Shown here piece after piece: positions 47,471 to 59,012 of a stretch of 64,000 bases of DNA. The stretch is taken from NCBI GenBank assembly GCA_002104905.1, contig MCFE01000215.1, positions 62,001 through 126,000 of the forward strand. The letters run 5' to 3'. Position numbers and translations under genes: made by a program. The notes under the pieces were generated by a model that was given only the letters and a program-made list of their open reading frames with translations, searched no databases and was not told the DNA's origin. How positions within the stretch are numbered: the stretch's first letter is position 1; each line of letters opens with the position of its first letter. This DNA is from Basidiobolus meristosporus CBS 931.73. Its lineage: Eukaryota > Fungi > Basidiobolomycota.

Positions 47471-50400
47471 GTGACAATCGAGGTAAATGAGATACCGTAG
47501 CAAGCAATGAGGGATTCGGAAGTGGTTGGAGTATATATGTAATCGGCCAATGCCACATGGAGTGGTCAACATGACTAACCCACCAGTCTAATCGTATCAT
47601 GGTTACGAAAAGCCACATCTCTCGCGAAACATCAAGGGCAGCGTCAGGCCTTGATGTACCAACCCTAACAATCCATTAATCATCACCACTTGCCTAATCT
47701 GGCCGGACGCCACCGAATCTTCGAATTGCGGGCGAACCATGCGATCCATCATTTGGTAAAGAGTTAGTGAGCAGCATTCGGTCGCATTCCCAGTCAATGA
47801 GCGGTCGCCATTGGAATCGAGCCTCGTAGGAATCAGCAATCTACATCACTAAACCAATAATTCATTGTGGAACGAGACAAACTATAAGCCATCTCAGATT
47901 GCGTTGGCCCTGAAGATTATCAACGGCATTTGGCAAGTTATCGATTGGCGGCAGATCAATCAGTGGAGATGAGCACTTGCTGATGGTGATGCTCACGCAA
48001 GAGATGACTGCCGGTGGGCGCGAGGTCCCGTGCCTTGCCTAAGCACGACTTCTCCCTGGATGGCTGATGCTGTGTACCACATGGCAACGCTGATTATCTT
48101 GGGTCAGAAGTGCACTTGATGCAGCCGCACAAGTCCCTACCTCTCCGGAACCCCAACCAGCCCGAGCCTCCAAATCCTACCGGCATGGCGGCCAGGGACT
48201 CAAGCAGACCAACAATTCAGAGCGAGCGTTTCCCTGGGAATATCCCTTCCAGGCTGCAGAGGCGGTGGTGGTCGTGTTGCGACTCCGCTGCCAACCATGC
48301 AGACGTTGATAATCGCGGATGCTCATGCCCCCATCTGTAGATAACCAGGCATCCCAAAAGATATCGCAAGATCATACCACTCCGTGTCCAAAATCAACCG
48401 CTGACCTAGGTGCTTCCCGACGCCACACATGTCTAGGTTGACTTCCCAGGGGCCAGCTGCAGGAGGCAGCCCGCCGGCGCCGCGGGTGGGGATTCTCGGA
48501 AACCAGCGGTTTGTTTGTTCAAGTCCCCGAAGCAGACATAAGAGCAACCATGGGACTCTCTCATTCACGAATGCGTGGGACTCAGCATGTGTAGGAACTT
48601 CCCTGCCGCCACACCATTGGCGTGTCGGATTGCACACCCATTTGATCCCATGCTGGTTAAATGATGCGCATGTAGGTGGGTAAGTCAGAATGCCATTATT
48701 GGCCATGAGAAATACCATAGGATGCAAATGGGCTACAGCGATGCACAAATGAAGAACGAGTCCCCCTGGTACATTGTGCGCCGATTTCCAGTATCTGACG
48801 ACACGGGAGGATTACGTTAATTACCTCTGGACACTCTGCTTGGACGAAGCATACCTTGAGGCGAGGCACTGTGTTCCCAGCGCCGTTCATTATCGGCTCC
48901 ATCAACACTCGGGTGAAGCGTGGCTCTACTTAATGCCATCACCAATACCATTCGTCCAGCGTGCTCCGGAAATCCCCGAGCAGACCCAGGCTTTGCGAGC
49001 CAATTAATTAGAGTTTCATTAGCAGTGGGGGTACAGCTGGCATTAGGCAGGATCGCACCTTCCTCTAGGAGAATTTTGTTTACAAATGGTACGTCGATCC
49101 GGATCCAGGTGGGCACCTCGATCTATCATGAGCTCGACTTACGGAACATGCACCGAGAGTAGAAAACGGATGGGGATTCCCAACCGCTCCGAATCAATCC
49201 GTAGCGCAGGATGCAGGACGAGGGGAAACCGAAATTTCGGAATATGAAACCTCTCTACTGATCCGCCCCTTCCCACGAATGCACAAACCTCCTCAGAACT
49301 CAGATCCACGCCTCGGTGGCACTTTCCTCTAGAGTCTTGTCCCTCATCGCAGTCGACCCATCATGCCTAACCAGCATGCGGAGGGCTCGCTTCCCACCAG
49401 CGGCTCTAGCACGACTTGCTGGAACCAACAAGGTTTGGCGCGTGAGCAAGATAGGCGATGCTGATTCGGTGCGGGGCCATCCGAGATAGGATCCCATTGC
49501 TATCAGGATTCCCACCTGGGGATGCATTTGGAATGATTGCGACAAAAGTGTGCTCTGCCATCCCAAGAAGGAATGCGACGGTGGGATTGCACAGTGGGAC
49601 GATCTGGTGGGAGCAGGACGCAGCGTGTGCGGAGAAACCCACTGCTTGCGGGTGGAGCGCCTCCACCAGCTAGCTCCATGCCAACTGGAGGCCATTCCGG
49701 TTTCCAGCGCGGTGGCTGGATGACGGTTGTGCTGCTTGGAAAACGCGGGCGGGTGGCCAGCAAAACGGTTCGCTTATAGATTTCCCCTGAGCCACGACTA
49801 TGGTCGCAATTGGAAAGTGTGGTAATGGAACCAAATATGGCAGTGGGTTAGAGGTGATTTGGGGTGGCGACGAAATGTGTCAGGCTTGCCGCTGTCGACG
49901 CTGGCCAACCAGCGTCGCCCATTCCGTGTACCGGGTTGCACTATTGGGAATTTCAGCTGCGTGATATAGTTGGTGAGAGCATGGCTGCAGATGTTCGTGT
50001 GGGAAGCAATGGTGGGAGCCATAAGTGGCGATTGAGGGGCTGGTATTGCATATGGCGAGTGGAACTGTGGGGAAGGGCTGCTGCAATGCAGGACGAGCAG
50101 TTCGAGGTGGGACCACTTGCGAGAACCACGATCGATCTCGTTCTGTGCGGACACCCAGCCAGCCTTGACCAATAAGTTCGTGGGCATGTCGAAAGGGGAA
50201 GAGCGCAATAGAGGGCACCCCGCTGCCGCATCATTTTGGGAATCGATGGTAGCATAGAGGGAATGAGGATCATTAGCCTTGTTATACTAACAATTTGCTG
50301 CACCGCCTTTTTTTAGCATGCCACCGACGAAAATGCTCGATTTGTTTTGATCAGCCTATTGGATCACGCTGCTCATAGCTGATTCAATCACCTCTCTGCA

Positions 50401-51497
50401 TTCTCCGCAAATGGTGCATGTACCAGACGGCGATTCCCGGAAACTCGCTGCACATTCATTCTGTTGGACTAGTCGCAGCTTCGTCGTCCGCTGGACGCGC
50501 TGCTGCAGCAGGATGGGCCCCTCCGCGAGACCTAAGCACCAGTGCCCCATCCTCCAAAGCCCTCTCCACACCGCGCTCCCCTCATGGCTGGTGCTCGGAA
50601 TGCTGCCCGTCCTCTGAGGATCCCCACTCTGGCTGATCAGCATGGATCGGTGGCGCCCGTGCTGGCTGTCTCTCTGAATTGAAGATTGGGTGATTGTCTG
50701 CCTTGGGCTAGAAGGGGATTTCGTCGTGGCGCCTAATTTAGACTCAATGGACGACCTCGGGGGATTCCGGAGGATGGCCTGCTGAAGGTAGTAACCGTTG
50801 GTTCCGTAAAATCTCGAGAGACGAGCCTAGCAGCAGGAATAAGAATATCTGGATTTTATTGGCTTGTGCGACGTCCACTCCCCCATCGAGCAAACACCAG
50901 TTGCTCAACTTGAGATGAAGCTGCATGCCGTCATTCATCTCAGTAGAGCATTGATAGCTTGAATTAGATCTCCGTTTCTTGAAATAGAAATGCCAATCGA
51001 ATCTAGTCTCCAGAATCACTGGAAAATCATGGACACGGCCATCACTGCTGTCGAGGTGGTAGACAGCTTCATGCTTCCCTTCGTGAGGAGCCCCTCGCTC
51101 GCCCCCGACAGTGTGTTCCGCGTTGAAACCCAGGCCGAGTGGACAAGTGGAGCCGGCCAACTCTTGGAACCAGATTGGCCCACTGATGGGAAAAAGCCCC
51201 GATTTATGCCCACTCCATACACCAATACGTACCCTCTGCTGCACTGAATAAATCAATCCCTTCGCCAATATAAACAAACGAGATACTGGTTCGGAAGCAC
51301 GATATTTGCCCAGCTATGACAAATAATGTCCAATCAGGTTTCCCTTTTTGTGGCAATTCATGGATTTGTCACCTGCTATCAATTTGGGTTGAGTCACTCC
51401 CGTACGAAGTATAAAAGCGGCCAGCCTCGGCCGCTGAACAACTCATCAGTTCGTCGACTGGATTGTATTCAGCAGTCTGCACCAAATCAAAAGCACT

Positions 51498-53222
51498 ATG
51501 CCCAACATCCGATCCTCTTTCTTATCCCAAGGAACCGCCACCAATGAATCCGACCGGGATGCGTTCAAGCTACGTGGCCTGATGCCTTCCGTGGTGGAGT
51601 CCATGGAGAAGCAAGTTGCTCGTGCCTTCGAGCAGCTTCGTAGCAAGCCCACCGACTTGGAAAAGTACATCTTCCTCGCCTGGATGAGAAACACCAACAC
51701 CCGGCTCTTCTACAAGATGATCCTGAGCTCCCCTGCTGAGCTGATGCCACTCATCTACACCCCCACCGTGGGCGCTGCCTGTGTCAACTACTCTCACATC
51801 TATCCATTCCTCGCTCCCAATGGAACCTTTGACGGGCTGTTCATCTCCATCGATGACATCCCTGTCCTCGACCAGATCCTTGAGAACTACAAGAGCGCCC
51901 TCCCCGACTCCTCCTTAACACCTGATATCTCGGTCATCACCGACGGATCCCGCATCCTCGGACTTGGCGATCTCGGGGTTGGAGGCATGGGCATCCCAGT
52001 CGGGAAGTTGCAGCTGTACGTGGCGGCGGCAGGCCTCGATCCCAGAAGAACGCTTCCGATCTGCCTCGACTTCGGCACGAACAACCAGAAGAACCTGGAC
52101 GACCCGCTCTACCTCGGACTGCGCAGAAAGAGGCCGGAGGGGGACGAGTTCCACAAGGCGGTCGACTCGGTCCTGGCCACGTTGAACAAGGCTTTCCCCA
52201 AGATGCTGATCCAGTTCGAGGACTTCTCCTCGGAGCACGCATTCGAGCTCCTCGAGCGTCACCGCAACCGCTACCTCAGCTTCAACGACGACATCCAGGG
52301 CACCGGGGCGGTCATCCTCGCCGGGTTCATCAATGCGGTGAGGGAGGTCGGGATCCCGGCCAAGCAGCATCGACTGCTCTTCTTCGGGGCCGGGTCGGCA
52401 GGGGTGGGGGTTGCCAAGCAGATCATGGACTACTTCGTGCTGGAGCACGGCATGACCGAGGAGGAGGCCAAGAAGCTCTTCTGGCTGAACGACTCGAAGG
52501 GCCTTGTGACCCAGGACAGAGGGGACAAGCTTGCCCAGCACAAGGTGTACTTCGCCAGAGACGACAACGAGGGCCGTCAACTCAAGGACCTGAAGGAGAC
52601 GATCGAATACGTCAAGCCCACCGCCCTGATCGGCCTCAGCTCGCAGGGCGGGGTGTTCGACGCGGAGGTGTTGAAGCTCTTGGCGGACATCAACGAAAGA
52701 CCAATCGTGTTCCCCCTCTCGAATCCCGCCACCCAAGCCGAATGCTCGTTTGAACAGGCCATGATCCACACCAAGGGCAAGGTGCTCTTCGCATCAGGCA
52801 CTGCCTTCCCAAGTTACATTGATGAGAACAAGAAGGAGCATGTCCCCGGCCAAGGCAACAACATGTACATCTTCCCAGGACTCGGCCTCGGAGCCATCCT
52901 CTCCAGACCCTCACGCATCACCGACACGATCATCTACGCCTCGGCCGCGGCACTGGCCGACTCGCTGACGGAGGACGAGCGAAAGTCACACCTTCTTTAC
53001 CCCAGAATCGAGCGGATTCGGGAGGTTTCTGCGGTGGTAGCAGCCGCGGTGTGCCGCCAAGCAGTCAAGGAGAATCTCGCCACAGATACAGAAATCCTTT
53101 CCATTCTCCCAGTCAATGCGTCAACGGAAGTAGGCACACCAGTATGGGAAGAGCTGATCCAACATGTGAAGATGAACATGTGGGAGCCGGTTTACGAATC
53201 GGAGATCGCCAGCAAGATGTAA
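51498..53222 (+). CDS. MAE1: Malic enzyme, presequence-less (cytosolic) form (574 aa), probably NADP-preferring
   Basis: Same catalytic motifs; in-frame TGA at 51435 with no ATG before 51498. The symbol reflects family, not proven orthology. Confidence 0.95.
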   Translation: MPNIRSSFLSQGTATNESDRDAFKLRGLMPSVVESMEKQVARAFEQLRSKPTDLEKYIFLAWMRNTNTRLFYKMILSSPAELMPLIYTPTVGAACVNYSHIYPFLAPNGTFDGLFISIDDIPVLDQILENYKSALPDSSLTPDISVITDGSRILGLGDLGVGGMGIPVGKLQLYVAAAGLDPRRTLPICLDFGTNNQKNLDDPLYLGLRRKRPEGDEFHKAVDSVLATLNKAFPKMLIQFEDFSSEHAFELLERHRNRYLSFNDDIQGTGAVILAGFINAVREVGIPAKQHRLLFFGAGSAGVGVAKQIMDYFVLEHGMTEEEAKKLFWLNDSKGLVTQDRGDKLAQHKVYFARDDNEGRQLKDLKETIEYVKPTALIGLSSQGGVFDAEVLKLLADINERPIVFPLSNPATQAECSFEQAMIHTKGKVLFASGTAFPSYIDENKKEHVPGQGNNMYIFPGLGLGAILSRPSRITDTIIYASAAALADSLTEDERKSHLLYPRIERIREVSAVVAAAVCRQAVKENLATDTEILSILPVNASTEVGTPVWEELIQHVKMNMWEPVYESEIASKM

Positions 53223-54129
53223 GGCAACGCTTCTCGTGAATGGCCCCTTAGTCACCTGGAAACGACTCCTAGGACCTCGACAATACTACGTTAATTTCCC
53301 CAACCACTGTATTCCTAGCTGAAAACTTGGCCTTGTTCCTGTATATTGATGTCGATATCAATACTATCTCTTGATTCGGCATTCCATATGACCGGGCCAT
53401 GTATTTGTGAATAAATCGAATTTAATTTTCCAACAAACCGCCAGGTATGTTGTGCCCAATGCGTGTCTCAGATGGAACTTGACCACCCATACGATCCTAT
53501 GATGCACTCCGTCCCAGGTCAGGATTCGTGTGGGGTGCAGAATGGTGATACTTCCCCTCGTTAATGATCATTCAAGCCCGCATCCGGCCAGTTAGTTTCA
53601 AAAGCTGGTATGTCTGCTTACAATCCACCGTCATACGATGTCACATGGTGCGGATTGGCCTTCTTTGGGACATCCTAAGCATGACTACGTCAATAGGGTT
53701 CTCTAATCAGGTATGGTTTCCACGATCTACTGTTGAGAGTTGTGCAGCAACTTGGCGCCCCTCACATCGTGTGAACCAACCACATATTCAGCTGAAGCAT
53801 GCGGTAATATTGCAGTTGGACTTTTGTTGCTGGTTAATGAGCGGGTGGAGTACTCAGTACTAAGTCAAATGCCCCTCCAATATGATGCTTCAAAAACAAG
53901 TGGGAAATGTTGACGCATCCTATAACAGAATTGAAGTACTTGGTGGTTGCTATAGTATGAGATTGATCTACTGGAATCTCAAAATCGGATTCTTCTTATT
54001 ACTTCAGTACCTTCAATGAGCTCTTGGGGGAGACTGATTTGTAGGCTGCTAGGATAAGTCAATTCCAATTACCCTATGCGCTATATGTGCACCACAGCAT
54101 ACTTGTTTAAATATACAATGGAAAAATGG

Positions 54130-56036
54130 TACGAGTATAGATGTTTTATCAAACATTACAAAAGGCATGAAAAGTTGGAAATTGTCTGTAAAAATTGTAC
54201 TTGGGAAACAAGTGTTGTTGAAATGGAATTGAGTATACTGGATTCTCTGATAACCTTAAAGAATAATATCACCCTGTTGCAAGAGTTTTGGAGATATGAA
54301 AAGTGACTGGGAGAGCAAGCAGATTATGTGGCTTTCGCTTTATGGTTTGTTGAATATGGAAGTAGTATCTTTAAATTTGCATAATCCTGATATCAAAAAC
54401 ATAAAATTTGCCTGGGAAAGTGTCAAGAATTGCTGTGCAAAGATTGCAACTCTGTGGAAAACTTGAAGTATTTCCACAAAATATCCAGTACCCAAACATG
54501 AAAAATTTCCCAGTAGCTCAAAATAAAATCTAATCAGGTATCTGGCCAGAGTTATGTAGAGATTTTAAGCTAAGATTTAAGTTGCCAACTTCACAGAATA
54601 TCATGGGTAATTACCCTACCTACAATACTCCCGCTCAAATCAATACCATTCTAACTGTTGTAAGAGCTTTCAAGATACTGCTAGTGATTGGTAGAACAAA
54701 TTGATTAGGTGGTTTTCACTCAATGATTTATTGAATGTAAAAGTGGTATTTATACTCTTGCATGATCTTGGCAAGAGAAGCACATAGAGTATGTCTTGAA
54801 AGGTCTTTAGGGCATGTGTGCCAAGTTTTGGGCAGTTTGGACTGTTTTGAGAATATGTATATACTGGGTAACTGACTTTTTGGTGAAAATATGAGAAGAA
54901 ATCCAGACAAGGAGCATGGTTGGTATTCTCTAAGATTTGTAGGTAATGATGTAAGTGACTAGTCAGGCAAATACTTAGGTGGAATTACAGATTCCACAAT
55001 ACTCCCATGCAACTAAATATCCATATTAGTTAATCTTAATGTGATCTAAGATATTGAAGTTTGTCTCTAGCAAATGGTTTTATGAATATGTGTGCAATCA
55101 TTTCATATGTAAGCAGTAAATCAAGCTGATTTATTTTCATAGCTTCATATATGAAATTGTATTAGATATACATGTGCTTAGTTCTTGCATGAAAAGTCAA
55201 ATCTCTACCTAATCTTATACATTTTTGATTTTCTTGAAATGATGCAGTAGATGCTTTTTGACATGATCTAAAGTATGTAAAAGGCTTTCTTAGCAACATT
55301 ACTTTTTTCTAGCTTCACAGGCTGCCACATACTCTGCCTCTGCAATGGAAAGCACTTTGACTGGCTGCTTTCTTGAATTCTATGATACTCATGCTTTGCA
55401 GTAAAGAAAGGTTTATCCCATGGTAGATCTTTTTTTTGAGTTTTTTCCCCAATAAGCATCAGGATATCCCACAAGATCTTCTTCTGAATCATTTTAGGTG
55501 TACCTTAAGCCAATAACAACAGTTCCTCTTAGGTATCTAAAAGTTGGCTTAATGCTGCAATATGATCAGATTCATATTTCTAATTATGCTGGCTGGCAAC
55601 TCCCACAGGATAAGAGAAATCTGGACATGTTCCAAGCATATCTGATTCAGACTGCCAGGTATAAATTGGTAAGGGAACTCTGGGCCTTCAGAAGATACCC
55701 AGCTCTCTTGATTTGGCTGAATTTTGACCAAGCTAAGGTTTGTCTCCATTACAGTAGCTGCCAGTTTACAGTCTTTTATTTGGCACATCTTAAATATATC
55801 ATTGATATACTTGCACCGGCTTAGGATGACAGCATGGGTACCTCTTTCTATGGAAAATGCTATCCATAGGCAGTATTTGAACTTCCCCAGATTGGATATT
55901 TTGAGCTGCTTAGATAGGCTGGATTTAGTCTCTATCAATGTTTATTAGTTATTGGTGCCTATATTGATATCCTTCACATAAGTATATAATAGTGCCAGAT
56001 TTTCACCATCCAATGTATAGCATATACTATAGTCAG
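54130..56036 (-). mobile_element. Decayed Copia remnants with two LTRs (about 54275-54627 and about 54656-55001) and RNH/RT
   Basis: Similarity to copy B LTR, PPT and RT/RNH; ORF 55549-55938. Confidence 0.8.
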
Positions 56037-56041
56037 GCTTA

Positions 56042-56147
56042 GGGGAGGGAAAGTCCCCAAGGTAGGTGAAATCTTTATTTGATTTCAGACAAGTCTAACT
56101 ACAAATAAAGAAGCCAGCTGGGAAAAGTAGATTCCCAAAGTAAACAT
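56042..56147 (-). mobile_element. Array unit 1: 3' tail only of a LINE-family element
   Basis: Carries the shared GGGG-AG..AGTC(A/C)CC..GGTGAAATCTTTATTT..AAAGAAGCCA end. Confidence 0.75.
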
Positions 56148-56155
56148 TTAGGGTA

Positions 56156-56617
56156 GGGGGGGGGAGACAGTCACCAATAGGTGAAATCTTTATTTCAGTT
56201 GAAACAAAGAAGCCAGCGCTACTGTTGTAGCTTTGATACAAGAGTGTGTAGCTGAGGGGAATTTGTAGGTAAGTTAATAAGAAGTGATGATAGTTCTTCA
56301 GTGCTCAAGACACTGTTCAGTGGGAAGGGGGGTAGCAAGAGAGGTAAGAATGACTTGTGAACAACATTAATGAGGGGAATGTGATAAGGATTGATATTCA
56401 TCAGAAAGGGAGTGTGCTGCTGCAGATATTGCTGCCAAAGGTCTGTCAAGTACTTCAGGTAGGCCAGCTTGGGTTTTTCTGACTGCAGAATATAGTGGGC
56501 AAACTTCTTGACTTCAGGATCTCCAAGTATAGTTCTCCAGCAGGAGTCAGGTGTTGTATGGTGTGTTCTCTTCCAGGCCTTAATCAGTGGGTTGTTGCAG
56601 TTGTGAAGTCTGAGGTA
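56156..56617 (-). mobile_element. Array unit 2: 5'-truncated copy of LINE-a (ORF2 C-terminus + 3' tail)
   Basis: Near-identical to 59661-60120; ORF 56219-56449. Confidence 0.9.
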
Positions 56618-57531
56618 GGGGAGGGAAAGTCACCGAGTTGGTGAAATCTTTATTTGAGTTAAGAACTAATCTAAGTACAAATAAAGAAGCCAATTCAGAG
56701 GTCTAGAACCTCTCTAATAAGTAATCTAATTTATGTTTTGTTTCATCTCTAATATTTTTTTTAATAAAGTAAAGCTCATTAGGGGTAAATATAAAATTCA
56801 GGGGTTTTGGGGGAAGTACAAATTGTAGATGTTTCTGATCAATATAATCCAAGACTGGAACCCAGCCTGGGATTAGGTGCAGTAGGAAAGGTGTATGGAC
56901 TTGTAAGTAGCTCTGCCACATAGATCTTAGATGGTCCTGAGCCAGTAGTCTTGGTTTCTCAGCTTTTTGAAGTTTTGAAGCAAGCTCTGTTACTACAGCA
57001 GAGCCAACCAGGGTGTGCCAGCAAGAAGATTTCAGGGAGGAGTTAGATTGAAGCCATTGTTTGATGGAGGGGTTATGTGATTTCTGAAGTTTGACTAGGA
57101 AGGAAGCACGGAGATAGATCATTCGGATTTGGTATGGGTAGAACCCAAAGGCTCCATTAGTTGCATGGATATAGGGAGATACTGGAGATAAGGTACCAAG
57201 GATCTGATACACTGATGGAGAAATTTATCCAGGCGGTGAAGTTCTCTGGAGGTTAGGGGTATAATGTGGAGACCAAATTGAAGTACTGGCAGCACATACT
57301 GCTTCAGAAGTATAGGGATCTTTTGAATTGGAGTGTCTGGAGTGACTACTACCGGAAGCTTTTTGAGAGCCTGTTGGGCAAGATGGATCCTATTATTCAG
57401 GTGGAGCTTGGAGTCAATCCCATGTTGACAAAACAGCAGACCTAGATATATTGCAGTTTGTTGTGGCAGAATGCTAGTGTTCTGTATAGTTGTAGTGCAT
57501 CCTATTGGGACTGTCTTGGAAATTGAGGGTA
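56618..57531 (-). mobile_element. Array unit 3: 5'-truncated LINE-b (related subfamily, ORF2 C-terminal part)
   Basis: ORF 56703-57212 is homologous to the LINE-a C-terminus (GAFGFYPYQIR vs GAFGFMPYKIR); shared tail. Confidence 0.85.
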
Positions 57532-58029
57532 GGGGGGAGGAAAGTCACCAAGTGGTGAAATCTTTATTTACTTATGACAAGTATCTAAAGAAGCCAAGTT
57601 AATCTGAAGTAATTCCTAGAAAGCTAGGTCTGAGAGTTGACAAGCTGAGTGGTACTATATTTCCTAGTTAGCTAGGTCTGAGAGAGGTTTCCTGGAAAGC
57701 CAGGCCTGAGAAGTGAGAATCTGAATATATCTGAGCTAAGTTATACTGGTTTGCGGTAGCTGGATTGTGGCCGGAATGGCCAGTAGACTGGGGGAGCTGA
57801 GATGAATTTCTGGGCGATCACTGGCCAAATTTACTAGGCAAATCTGGCCATTAGCATTTCAAGGATTTCAGCCAATCAGAGCCTTTACTTTGCCCGATGG
57901 TTGATCAAGCCATCTCCCAATGAGCACACATCAATTTATTAATCAAATTTTGCTGGATCCAGGATTTGAACCCACAACCATGGGTATGGAAGGGTTAGGG
58001 ATAACCACAAGGCTAAGTGTTCTTGGTTA
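57532..58029 (-). mobile_element. Array unit 4: tRNA-derived SINE with LINE-type 3' tail
   Basis: A-box-like TAGCCTTGTGG (58015-58005), B-box GGTTCAAATCC (57972-57962), non-coding body with AGGTCTGAGA subrepeats, shared tail. Confidence 0.85.
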
Positions 58030-58477
58030 GGGGGAGGAAAGTCACCAAGTGGTGAAATCTTTATTTACTTATGACAAGTATCTAAAGAAGCCAAGTTAAT
58101 CTGAAGTTATTCCTAGAAAGCTAGGTCTGAGAGATATCTTCCTGGTAAGCCAGGTCTGAGAGTTGAGAAGCTGATTGGTACTACATTTCCTAGTTAGCTA
58201 GGTCTGAGAGAGGTTTCCTGGAAAGCCAGGTCTGGGAAGTGAGAATCTGAATATATCTGAGCTAAGTTATACTGGTTTGCGGTAGCTGAATTGTGGCCAG
58301 AATGGCCAGTAGACTGGGGGAACTGAGATGAATTTCTGGGCGATCACTGGCCAAATTTACTAGGCAAATCTAGCCAATTAGCATTTCAAGGATTTCAGCC
58401 AATCAGAGCCTTTACTTTGCCCGATGGTTGATCAAGCCATCTCCCAATGAGCACACATCAATTTATTAATCAAATTT
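58030..58477 (-). mobile_element. Array unit 5: 5'-truncated SINE lacking the tRNA head
   Basis: Near-identical to units 4 and 6 up to ATCAAATTT, then replaced by AGGGTTA. Confidence 0.88.
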
Positions 58478-58484
58478 AGGGTTA

Positions 58485-59012
58485 GGGGGGAGGAAAGTCA
58501 CCAAGTGGTGAAATCTTTATTTACTTATGACAAGTATTTAAAGAAGCCAAGTTAATCTGAAGTTATTCCTAGAAAGCTAGGTCTGAGATATATCTTCCTG
58601 GTAAGCCAGGTCTGAGAGTTGAGAAGCTGAGTGGTACTATATTTCCTAGTTAGCTAGGTCTGAGAGAGGTTTCCTGGAAAGCCAGGCCTGAGAAGTGAGA
58701 ATCTGAATATATCTGAGCTAAGTTATACTGGTTTGCGGTAGCTGAATTGTGGCCGGAATGGCCAGTAGACTGGGGGAACTGAGATGAATTTCTGGGCGAT
58801 CACTGGCCAAATTTACTAGGCAAATCTGGCCAATTAGCATTTCAAGGATTTCAGCCAATCAGAGCCTTTACTTTGCCCGATGGTTGATCAAGCCATCTCC
58901 CAATGAGCACACATCAATTTATTGATCAAATTTTGCTGGATCCAGGATTTGAACCCACAACCATGGGTATGGAAGGGTTAGGGATAACCACAAGGCTAAG
59001 TGTTCTTGGTTA
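58485..59012 (-). mobile_element. Array unit 6: full tRNA-derived SINE
   Basis: A-box-like 58998-58988, B-box 58955-58945; same 5' end as unit 4. Confidence 0.87.

Noticed and set aside
47471-47572. Extended 629-aa start of the minus-strand malic enzyme
   Set aside because: Begins at a non-ATG codon; the ATG at 47470 gives a coherent presequence.
47600-51450. Many short ORFs in the spacer between the malic enzyme genes
   Set aside because: All short, overlapping on both strands, and without recognisable motifs; expected by chance at this GC.
57950-58020. Functional tRNA gene
   Set aside because: A/B boxes are present, but the 5' acceptor strand and anticodon stem do not pair; embedded in a repeated SINE.
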